The notes beneath the pieces are model-generated. The model was given only the letters and a program-made list of their open reading frames with translations, did not search any database and was not told the origin of the DNA. 44,944 nucleotides of DNA from Desulfobulbales bacterium. Lineage in GTDB: Bacteria; Desulfobacterota; Desulfobulbia; Desulfobulbales; JAGXFP01. Of the stretch, positions 38,113-44,842 are shown one piece after another (position 1 is the first letter of the stretch; the number at the start of each line of letters is the position of its first letter). The DNA is taken from contig JARGFN010000001.1 in assembly GCA_029210665.1 (NCBI GenBank), positions 1-44,944 on the forward strand, written 5' to 3'. The translations under genes and the position numbers were made by a program.

Positions 38113-39159
38113 TCAGTTGCCGATAAAACACTGCGGGTCATCGGCCAGCAGATCGGCCCGGCCCCGGGCAAGGGAATGGGCGTAAGCGATCGCCCGGCAA
38201 CCCCGGCAGTGGGCCCATCTCGGACAGGTTCCGCACCGGCCCTTATACTGGCGGCGGTCGCGAAGCTGCGCCAGGACCGCGGAATCCGCCCAGATCTCAC
38301 GCAAGGAATCCTTGCGGACATTGCCCAGCGGAACGGCCAGGCGCCGGCAGGGGGTAACGGTGCCGTCGGGCAGGATCGTCAATCCCGAAATCCCGGCCGC
38401 GCAACCGCCCGTGGCAATTGGTCCGCCATCACCGCTACCCGTGGCCTTGAGCATCTGCGAGGCCACGGGGTCGCCGGTGACGATCTCGACCCCATTGACG
38501 GGCAAGGCAAAAATTGCCTCGTATGTCTCCCGCAGTCTTTCCCGGCCGATCATCCGGTCAACAAGTCCCAGGCCCCGACCGGACGGCACCAGCCGCGAGA
38601 ACCCGAGCCGGTGGACCCCGAGGGCGGCGGCGATTTCCCCCATGTCGCGAAAATTCGCAACATTAATTTCCGATAGCGTGGCGTTCAAAGTCACCTTGAG
38701 TCCGGCCGCGAGAAGATGCGCAATCCCCCGGCGGCAGGCGGCGAAACTTCCCGCGCCCCTGATCGAGTCATGCACCTCTTCCGGGCCCTCAATGCTTACC
38801 TGGACCCCCTTGACGCCAAGATCGGCCAGCCTCGCCGCCCGCCGGCCATCGATCAGGGTGCCGTTGGTAAGGAGATAGACGCCATAGCCGGCTGCGGCCA
38901 TTTCGCCGAGAACCGGCAAAAGATCGGCGCGGAGGAAGGGCTCGCCGCCCGTGATATTGAGGCTCGGCGAAAACTCGATTTGGTAGGTCTCCGTCCAGGT
39001 TTGCAGCATCTCGCTGATTTCAGTCAGCACCGCCCGGATCTCGGCCCGGGAAAGTTCTTCTGTTTTGCCCCCGGTCTGATAGCAGTGTTGACACCGGAGA
39101 TTGCAGCGTTCGGTGAGGTGCCACTGGACAAAGAATTCCTGGGGGCGGTTGCTCGGCAT
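38113..39159 (-). CDS. Radical SAM enzyme with a C-terminal SPASM domain (peptide or cofactor maturase type)
   Basis: CxxxCxxC at residues ~19-26 (ERCNLRCQHCY), a GGEP-like NITGGEPF, and a C-terminal Cys constellation GGCAAG...TPC...GRCGTCPRWAHCRGCRA...DPQC typical of SPASM auxiliary clusters. There is no N-terminal RRE/PqqD-like extension. Confidence 0.85.
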   Translation of the reverse strand: MPSNRPQEFFVQWHLTERCNLRCQHCYQTGGKTEELSRAEIRAVLTEISEMLQTWTETYQIEFSPSLNITGGEPFLRADLLPVLGEMAAAGYGVYLLTNGTLIDGRRAARLADLGVKGVQVSIEGPEEVHDSIRGAGSFAACRRGIAHLLAAGLKVTLNATLSEINVANFRDMGEIAAALGVHRLGFSRLVPSGRGLGLVDRMIGRERLRETYEAIFALPVNGVEIVTGDPVASQMLKATGSGDGGPIATGGCAAGISGLTILPDGTVTPCRRLAVPLGNVRKDSLREIWADSAVLAQLRDRRQYKGRCGTCPRWAHCRGCRAIAYAHSLARGRADLLADDPQCFIGN

Positions 39160-39242
39160 AAAATTTTAACCCTCGGATATAATTAACGGCAGCGTCCAAG
39201 TACCGCGCCTTGTTTCTCGAAGTTTTTGCTTAGCCATAGCAC

Positions 39243-39263
39243 GATTTTTTGCGAGTTTGTCAA
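39243..39263 (-). repeat. Repeat family R3 core, copy c (TTGACAAACTCGCAAAAAATC)
   Basis: Read on the minus strand ~85 nt upstream of the radical SAM start. It carries a TTGACA hexamer. Confidence 0.5.
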
Positions 39264-39283
39264 AAAAACTCGATTACCCCGCG

Positions 39284-39328
39284 GACAAAACCGGCAGATA
39301 CGGAGTCAGCCATGCGTATCTGCCGGTT
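39284..39328 (-). terminator. Intrinsic terminator/attenuator between the 34-aa ORF and the radical SAM gene
   Basis: Minus strand reads AACCGGCAGATACG, a 12-nt loop, CGTATCTGCCGGTT, then TTGTCC: a 14-bp perfect stem with a U-run of ~4. A second small hairpin, GTTGCCG/CGGCAAC, lies at 39336-39351. Confidence 0.6.
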
Positions 39329-39372
39329 GCGCGTTGTTGCCGACCGGCAACCTATTCAGATTTTCAGCCTTT

Positions 39373-39477
39373 TCATTTATGGCAGATTTTGCCCGGATTT
39401 TCTTTAACGGCCTGGCCGAGTTTTGTCCAAAAGGCAGATTCCTTGCGCAGGGCTTCCTTGCTGAGGACCTTCTTCAT
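39373..39477 (-). CDS. Unannotated 34-aa ORF MKKVLSKEALRKESAFWTKLGQAVKENPGKICHK (candidate precursor peptide or small protein)
   Basis: It falls below the ORF-track length cutoff. The ATG is preceded by AAAGGAGGTGATCC with GGAGG at 6-nt spacing. It is on the same strand as the radical SAM/SPASM gene, 213 nt upstream of it, and is followed by a strong hairpin. Confidence 0.55.
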   Translation of the reverse strand: MKKVLSKEALRKESAFWTKLGQAVKENPGKICHK

Positions 39478-39491
39478 GGATCACCTCCTTT
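39478..39491 (-). promoter_or_regulatory. Extended Shine-Dalgarno sequence (14-nt complement of the canonical 16S rRNA 3' tail)
   Basis: The plus strand reads GGATCACCTCCTTT, which equals the conserved 16S 3' end. The minus-strand mRNA is therefore perfectly complementary to it. Confidence 0.7.
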
Positions 39492-39528
39492 GCTGCGGCG
39501 CGGCGGTATGTCGCTTGCCTATGTTGAA

Positions 39529-39558
39529 ATGATCCACCAGGCGGGAATATATTGTCAA
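39529..39558 (-). promoter_or_regulatory. Possible sigma70 promoter for the 34-aa ORF
   Basis: Minus strand reads TTGACA, an 18-nt spacer, then GATCAT, ~50 nt upstream of the ATG. The -10 is weak and this is a motif match only. Confidence 0.3.
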
Positions 39559-39804
39559 TCGAAATTAAAAAGAAGGGGCAAAGGGGGAGCCCTATATTAT
39601 CCCGCCCGCTATCCCTATCCGTCATATTTTGCGGGGCCCACCAAATGCCGAGGCACATAAAAGCCCCTATGTCTCCCTCCATTCTCTTCTCACGCGGGAA
39701 AATACTATGGCGATCAAGGGTTCTGAGTGATTTCCGGAGCATGCCTCCTTCCGGCATGCCTCATGCATTATTTTCTTAATGATTGATTAACAAAAGGAGG
39801 CAAG

Positions 39805-39954
39805 ATGAATAAGAAATTGATTTCCGCCATTATCTTGGGAGCCCTGCTGTCGGCCTGCGTTATAGCGCCGCCCGGAGGATGGCGTGGTCATGGTGGTGAT
39901 GGCGGCGGAAGTGGGCGTAAGCATTCTTCCGAAGGTCGCGGAGATAGGCATTGA
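39805..39954 (+). CDS. 49-aa Gly/His-rich small lipoprotein
   Basis: It falls below the ORF-track cutoff. RBS AAAGGAGG lies 5 nt upstream. Sequence MNKKLISAIILGALLSAC (lipobox) followed by VIAPPGGWRGHGGDGGGSGRKHSSEGRGDRH. The signal peptide is paralogous to that of the 40328 gene. Confidence 0.55.
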   Translation: MNKKLISAIILGALLSACVIAPPGGWRGHGGDGGGSGRKHSSEGRGDRH

Positions 39955-39968
39955 ACCGTTGTCTTCTC

Positions 39969-40188
39969 CCTGAATCCGTGACGGCTTAGTGCATTAATTC
40001 ACGATATGTGGTTGTTTTTACGTTAAATATAGACAGCGATCCGTGGGGGGTGGAATTCACCCGCCGCCCTGCGGGGCGCCCGATAACGGCGCATCTGCGG
40101 CGTTGGCAACTCGTTGATATACCATTAGTATTATCAACATCGTTGCCGCCTTGCATCTGCACCGTTCTCGAACGCTCACAGATTCAGG
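39969..40188 (+). mobile_element. MITE-A: 220-bp non-autonomous element with 13-bp TIRs and a 5-bp TSD
   Basis: The left end is CCTGAATCCGTGA and the right end TCACAGATTCAGG (12/13 inverted match). It is flanked by direct TTCTC at 39964-39968 and 40189-40193. There is no ORF with coding character inside. Confidence 0.8.
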
Positions 40189-40241
40189 TTCTCTTGCGGG
40201 CTTCACAAAATGCCGGTCGGGCCGGCGGCGAATTTCTCGGA

Positions 40242-40309
40242 TAAGGCTGAGTTGAGCAGTTCGTCTGCTTTTAATGCCCTTTAGGGTGCAAACGAAACTT
40301 ATGACCTGT
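40242..40309 (-). repeat. Dispersed repeat family R2, copy 3 (inverted, with a 22-nt hairpin insertion)
   Basis: Minus strand reads acaggtcATAAGTTTCGT[ttgcaccctaaagggcattaaaa]GCAGACGAACTGCTCAACTCAGCCTTA. The insertion folds as CCCT/AGGG. Confidence 0.6.
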
Positions 40310-40327
40310 AGGTATAAAGGAGGGTTT

Positions 40328-40654
40328 ATGCAAAGGACATTGATTTCAGCGCTGGTCGTGATGTTGTTATTGAGCGCCTGTGCCGTGGTACCCGGCAGGC
40401 GCGGCGGGGTGGAGATGGTCCCGCTATTGCCGCCGGTCGTGGTGCTGGACGTTGAGCCGTACTACGTTCATAATGGCTACCACTACCATTACAGAAACGG
40501 CGCTTGGTTATACTCAACCTCAAGAAATGGACCGTGGCTCGATTTGCCCAGAAGCCATTACCCCAAAGAGGTCAGATACAAGGGTAAAAGGGGAGGGCAG
40601 GGCCGGGGCCGCGACAAGGACAAGGACCGCGACCACGATAACCGTCGCCGCTGA
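40328..40654 (+). CDS. 108-aa lipoprotein with a Tyr/His-rich core and a highly charged RG/KD tail
   Basis: I chose ATG 40328 (RBS AAAGGAGGG 4 nt upstream) over the track start at 40274. Sequence MQRTLISALVVMLLLSAC (lipobox), then YYVHNGYHYHYRNGAWLY, and a tail KGKRGGQGRGRDKDKDRDHDNRRR. Confidence 0.7.
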   Translation: MQRTLISALVVMLLLSACAVVPGRRGGVEMVPLLPPVVVLDVEPYYVHNGYHYHYRNGAWLYSTSRNGPWLDLPRSHYPKEVRYKGKRGGQGRGRDKDKDRDHDNRRR

Positions 40655-40754
40655 CCTTTAGCCTCTATGAAAAGGGGGACGGGAAGAAGGGGGGAGACGT
40701 AATTTACCTAGCGCGGGGCTAAAAAACACTCCCAAGATTATTGCAGCTACTCTC

Positions 40755-41432
40755 CTACAACCTGCTCCTTTTCTTCCGGGAAGTCTTGCCGATTATCCAG
40801 CCAAGGAATAATACCCCGGCTCCGGCCAGAAACCATCTGACCGCGCCGGTGCGCATAAGATCGGAATTCTCCGCGGTCAGCGACCGGACTTCCGCGGCAA
40901 GTTTTTCATTGGTCTCCTTGAGAAGATCGCGTTCACTGGTAATTTCCACTACCGCCGCGGAATCCTTCAGCAGGGTGTCATATTTTTCGGTGACCGCGCG
41001 CAGCTCTTCTTTGGTGTCTGCCAGGGCCTGGTTGAATTCGCCGATGTTTCCGGCCAGATCCCCTTGTTCCCGGGAAGACTCGGCCAGTCTCGCCTTGGCC
41101 TGGGCTAATTGGTCCCGAACCTTTTCAAGCTGATTTTCCAGACGGGAGATGATTACGGCTTTGGGGGTCTCCCCGGTGAGGTATTGGGCCAGAACATAGC
41201 CTTCTTCCCCGCTTTCCAGCCTGACTTTGACATATTTGTCCCCTTCCGTCCTTTCGAGGACCTCCATAGGCGTCCCGGTTTTAAGGGTTTTCAATATCTT
41301 GTGCTCGGTGCTGTTGCCCCGGCGGAAGGTGATGACCAGTTGATCGGAAACATACGCCGTTTCCGCCGCGGCAACGGCGGGCAGGAACAGGCAGGCAAAC
41401 AGTAACACTACGAACTTCCGTGAAAATCTCAT
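40755..41432 (-). CDS. SH3b-domain / coiled-coil / C-terminal TM protein (YgiM-like)
   Basis: 225 aa with a signal peptide, an SH3-like segment (YVSDQLVITFRRG...PMEVLE...YVKVRLESGEEGYVLAQYL), a long coiled-coil and a C-terminal TM followed by a basic tail. Confidence 0.75.
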   Translation of the reverse strand: MRFSRKFVVLLFACLFLPAVAAAETAYVSDQLVITFRRGNSTEHKILKTLKTGTPMEVLERTEGDKYVKVRLESGEEGYVLAQYLTGETPKAVIISRLENQLEKVRDQLAQAKARLAESSREQGDLAGNIGEFNQALADTKEELRAVTEKYDTLLKDSAAVVEITSERDLLKETNEKLAAEVRSLTAENSDLMRTGAVRWFLAGAGVLFLGWIIGKTSRKKRSRL

Positions 41433-41670
41433 GATTATCTTTCTCCTGACGGCGTACCGAATTCCGGCGCCATCATGCTTGGTTATTGCAACCGGCTCAA
41501 CAGATCCGCCACTCCCGGCGGGAGGCGGACCACGGCGCGAGCTTTTCTAAAACTGATGACATCGCAAAAAAAATCGAAAATCCCTTCCTGCGACCGGCTC
41601 AGGGTGAGATCCTTTTCCTCCTTTTCCCGCCGCAAACTCCGTACCGGCGGTGATTTATTACATAATTTAA

Positions 41671-41912
41671 CCTGAATCCGTGAGCGTTCGAGAACGGTGC
41701 AGATGCAAGGCGGCAACGATGTTGATAATACTGATGGTATATCAACGAGTTGCCAACGCGGCACCCCAAGGGCACTTCCTGCGGGGCGCAGATGCACCGT
41801 TATCGGGCGCCCCGCAGGGCGGCGGAACCCTGGCAACCCAGGGAAAAACGATTATCTAATGTAAATACGTATTGATAAGTGGAATTCCCCACGAAGCCGT
41901 CACGGATTCAGG
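41671..41912 (-). mobile_element. MITE-B: 242-bp copy of the same element, inverted relative to MITE-A, with its own 5-bp TSD
   Basis: The ends are CCTGAATCCGTGA and TCACGGATTCAGG (13/13). It is flanked by direct TTTAA at 41666-41670 and 41913-41917. An 89-nt block is 87/89 identical to 40100-40188 in reverse complement. Confidence 0.8.
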
Positions 41913-41922
41913 TTTAACCATT

Positions 41923-42585
41923 TTACTCCAGCCAGCGGACGAATTTCTCCACCGCCATCCGATCGGTGCGGAGCTTGTTCAGCGAGGCCTCCGGATCGGG
42001 ATAGCCCAGGGAGAGGCCGAGGACCAGCCGCTTGGTCGCCGGGATGCCGAGAAACTTCTTGATCTCTCCGGCATAGTCGGTGGCGAAGGCCTGGGGGACG
42101 GTGCCGAGCCCCTTGGCATGGGCGGCCAGCATCAGGGTCTGGGCGAAGAGACCGAGGTCGAACAGCGACCACTGGCTTAGCGAACCGTCCTGAAAGAGAT
42201 AGACCGCGTGGGGCGCGCCGTAAAAGGAAAAATTGGCCTTCTTGGCTTTTTTGACCAGTTTCGGGTCCAGCAGGTCGACCCCGGTCGCCTCCCGGCGGCT
42301 CTGGTAGAGCTGGTTGATATTGTCCTGCTCGGTCGGCGGCCAGCCCTGCGGGGCGGCAAGATCGGGGCTGTTCGGCGCCCCTTCCTCGAACAAGCGGATC
42401 ATCTCCCGGCTCAGTCCCTGCTTCTTCTCGCCGGACAGGACCAGGACCTCCCAGGGCTGGCTGTTCTTGTAAGACGGGCTCCAGCGAGCCAGCTCGAAGA
42501 CTTCCTCCAAAACGGCGCGGTCCACCGGCTCCGGCTTGAACCCGCGAATGCTCATTCTATTTCTCAGACAACTTTCCGCATCCAT
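41923..42585 (-). CDS. Nitroreductase-family flavoprotein
   Basis: I chose the start at ATG 42585 (GGAGG 6 nt upstream) over 42666. Motifs RMSIRGFKPEPV and RWSPSYKNSQPWE. Confidence 0.8.
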   Translation of the reverse strand: MDAESCLRNRMSIRGFKPEPVDRAVLEEVFELARWSPSYKNSQPWEVLVLSGEKKQGLSREMIRLFEEGAPNSPDLAAPQGWPPTEQDNINQLYQSRREATGVDLLDPKLVKKAKKANFSFYGAPHAVYLFQDGSLSQWSLFDLGLFAQTLMLAAHAKGLGTVPQAFATDYAGEIKKFLGIPATKRLVLGLSLGYPDPEASLNKLRTDRMAVEKFVRWLE

Positions 42586-42740
42586 GCCATACCTCCGGTT
42601 TGTCGGGCATATATAAGTGGATTCCGGCTTGCCATCCGCCGGAATGACGGTGAAATCACTTTTCATATGTTATCAGCAAGCCGGGAATATGACAACCCAT
42701 CGCCAATGACCCATCGCCAATGACTGATAATTCAAATCAA

Positions 42741-44447
42741 TTACCTTTGCCGGGCCGCTCTAAGCAGACTTCGCGTGATCAGCTTTTTCAGGGCGGGATC
42801 CCCGGCCACGGACAAAGCCCTCCGGTAATGCATCTCCGCCTTTTCATAATTCTCCCGGCGGAAGGCATTGTGGCCGAGGCCCAGATAGGCGTTCGGATCG
42901 TTGGGATTAATCTTCAGGGCCCGGTAATAAGCAACATCGGCCCTGGAATATTGCCCTTTGCTCGCCAGGGCGTTGCCCAGGTTGGTGTACAGGATGCCCA
43001 GGTTGTAATACACCTTTGTTCCGCGCTTGGCGCCGCCTTTACCGGCCAAGACCTCCAGGCCGCGATTATATACACCTATGGCCTCCACATGCCTTCCCTT
43101 TTCCGAGAGCAGGGTGCCCAGGTTGTAGTAGACCCGGAACTTGCCCGGCGCCTTTTCGAGGTTATCGCGCATCAGGGTCTCCTCGTCCGCCCAAACCGAG
43201 CTCCTTTGCTGGGTCCAGAAAGAGAAGAGGCCGATAACCACAGCGGCCAGAGCGATTTTTTTAGCCTTCGAGCCGAGCAATCCATCGACCAGAAGAACTA
43301 AATAGAAAACAATAAACATACCCGGCAGATAATTACGGTGCTCGAATACCAACTCCAGGCCGATCAGCGAAGACTCGATCAAAAGGTTGCCCAGATACCA
43401 GAGGAGGGCGAAGGAGAGAATACGCGCTCTCCCGGCCGCAAAAACGGCCACCACGGCCAAGGTCAGCAAAAAGGTGGCCGAAAAAAAAGTCGCCGGGGGC
43501 GAAAACAGGGATGTAGAAAGTACTATGTCGTGCTCCAGACTAAGCCGTTCCGGGCTGGGGAAAAAGATCTTGCCCAGGTAAACGATCACCACCCGCAATT
43601 CGGTCAACAGCCGTTCCTGTAAGCCGAATCCCCTTCTCCGGTAAGAGGCCATAACCGCATCGATCGGGTCGAAATCCAGGTAGAAAAGGGCTAAAAGCAG
43701 AAAGGCCGCCAGAGCCAAACCGAGAAGGGGAAGACGTTTTTTCAACCAGGTGCGGTCGAGATCCTGAAAGAAAAACCATTCGTAGAGGAAAACGAAGACC
43801 GGCAGGGTCGCGGCAATTTCCTTGGAGCCGAGGGCAAGAAAACCGAAAAGAATCGCGCCCGCAAAAAAGCCCCACCGCTTGCCGCGGGTTTCCGCCAGCC
43901 GCCCATAAACGTAGAACAGCAACGACAAAAGATAGAAAAGGGCTGCCAGAATGGTCATCCGCTGCACGATATAGGCGACGGCCTGACTCTGGATGGGATG
44001 GACCAGCCAGATCGAAACCGCGACAAGCGAGACAATGGCCGCCGATCTTGCCTCTCTCGATCCGTCAAAAATTTGCAGGGTAATCCGGAAAAACAGAAAG
44101 AGGATAAAACCGGTCAAGCCGTGGAGCAGGATGTTGACCAGATGGTAGCCCGCGACCTCGTAACCGCCGGCAAGATAGTTCAGGGCAAAAGAGAGGTAGG
44201 CGACCGGCCGGCTGGACATCAACCCCCCGAAAGCCGCTTTTTCGAGGGCGGGGAGAGTAAATTCGCTCATCCGTACCGACTGATTGTGCAGAATATTGGG
44301 CTCGTCGTCAAAGACGAACGGGCCCGTCAAGGCGGGATAATAAAGGGCAAACGAGGTACCGAGCATGACAAGAAGGATCAGGCCGTTAATGAAATATCCG
44401 CCCGAGCGAAACCTGGAAATACTTTTTATGTCCTCGCCGGTTTTCAT
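42741..44447 (-). CDS. Polytopic membrane protein with C-terminal TPR repeats (TMTC/PMT-like glycosyltransferase family, tentative)
   Basis: 568 aa with ~10 TM helices. An N-terminal loop carries FVFDDEPNI (DD/DE motif). The C-terminal ~170 aa are TPR-like (YYNLG... repeated three times). Confidence 0.7.
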   Translation of the reverse strand: MKTGEDIKSISRFRSGGYFINGLILLVMLGTSFALYYPALTGPFVFDDEPNILHNQSVRMSEFTLPALEKAAFGGLMSSRPVAYLSFALNYLAGGYEVAGYHLVNILLHGLTGFILFLFFRITLQIFDGSREARSAAIVSLVAVSIWLVHPIQSQAVAYIVQRMTILAALFYLLSLLFYVYGRLAETRGKRWGFFAGAILFGFLALGSKEIAATLPVFVFLYEWFFFQDLDRTWLKKRLPLLGLALAAFLLLALFYLDFDPIDAVMASYRRRGFGLQERLLTELRVVIVYLGKIFFPSPERLSLEHDIVLSTSLFSPPATFFSATFLLTLAVVAVFAAGRARILSFALLWYLGNLLIESSLIGLELVFEHRNYLPGMFIVFYLVLLVDGLLGSKAKKIALAAVVIGLFSFWTQQRSSVWADEETLMRDNLEKAPGKFRVYYNLGTLLSEKGRHVEAIGVYNRGLEVLAGKGGAKRGTKVYYNLGILYTNLGNALASKGQYSRADVAYYRALKINPNDPNAYLGLGHNAFRRENYEKAEMHYRRALSVAGDPALKKLITRSLLRAARQR

Positions 44448-44475
44448 CGATCTTCTTACCGGGTTCCTCTCATAA

Positions 44476-44495
44476 GACTTTTTACGAGTTTGTCA
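44476..44495 (-). repeat. Repeat family R3 core, copy d (GACAAACTCGTAAAAAGTC)
   Basis: Read on the minus strand ~30 nt upstream of the TPR-protein ATG. With the following TATGAG it could act as a -35/-10 pair. Confidence 0.5.
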
Positions 44496-44650
44496 TACCT
44501 GGAAATACGCTGAAATATACCTTTTTCTTCCGCCGAGGAAAAGGACTTCCTGGAAACGCTGGAAACGCCATCCCGTTTTATTTCGCGGCTAAAGCCGATC
44601 CTACCCGATCTCCGATAAACCCCGGCCCCTTGGGTCGGGGTGGAACTCGA

Positions 44651-44690
44651 TAAAAAAAAGCCCCCGTTCGAGTCGGACTCAACCGGGGGC
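44651..44690 (-). terminator. Strong Rho-independent terminator (minus strand)
   Basis: Minus strand reads GCCCCCGGTTGAGTC-CGACTCGAACGGGGGC followed by TTTTTTTT. It would stop transcription entering from the right edge before the TPR gene. Confidence 0.7.
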
Positions 44691-44746
44691 TTGTGGATTT
44701 TATTATAACCCTAGGTTCACTTGCCGCAAGGGAACTCCGTCTTATT

Positions 44747-44767
44747 GGTGGGCGGAGCCCACCCTAC
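44747..44767 (+). repeat. REP-like hairpin GGTGGGC-GGA-GCCCACC-CTAC
   Basis: A 7-bp perfect stem. A related copy lies at 44822-44842. Confidence 0.5.
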
Positions 44768-44821
44768 CTGGCTAAGCGCACCACATTGTGCCCGGCATGA
44801 CAAATCGGGCAAGGAAACAAT

Positions 44822-44842
44822 GGTGCGTGGAACGCAACCTAC
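44822..44842 (+). repeat. REP-like hairpin, second copy GGTGCGT-GGA-ACGCAACC-TAC
   Basis: It has the same architecture and the shared ...CCTAC tail, in the same orientation, 75 nt from the first copy. Confidence 0.45.

Noticed and set aside
39166-39237. 23-aa minus-strand ORF (MAKQKLRETRRGTWTLPLIISEG) ending 6 nt before the radical SAM start, as an alternative precursor
   Set aside because: It has no Shine-Dalgarno sequence, and its ATG lies immediately downstream of the R3 repeat core (39243-39263). I kept it as a low-probability alternative only.
39404-39757. 117-aa minus-strand ORF (and the 144-aa plus-strand ORF at 39226-39660) in the peptide/lipoprotein intergenic region
   Set aside because: The region is AT-richer and intergenic-like. 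The ORF runs across the putative promoter and SD of the 34-aa ORF and overlaps it out of frame. Its composition is atypical, and GGAGG is only 1 nt from the internal ATG.
40008-40244. 78-aa and 117-aa ORFs (40008-40244 +, 41483-41836 -) with similar translations (…RRPAGRPIT.HLR…WQLVDIP.VLSTSLPPCICTVLERS.IQV)
   Set aside because: The similarity arises only because both lie on the two MITE copies. The ORFs cross the element boundaries, have no RBS, and the shared part coincides with hairpin-forming DNA.
39964-41917. Composite transposon or phase-variable invertible segment defined by the two inverted MITEs
   Set aside because: Each MITE has its own intact and distinct 5-bp TSD, there is no common outer TSD, and no recombinase gene is nearby. 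I retained it only as a testable possibility in the findings.
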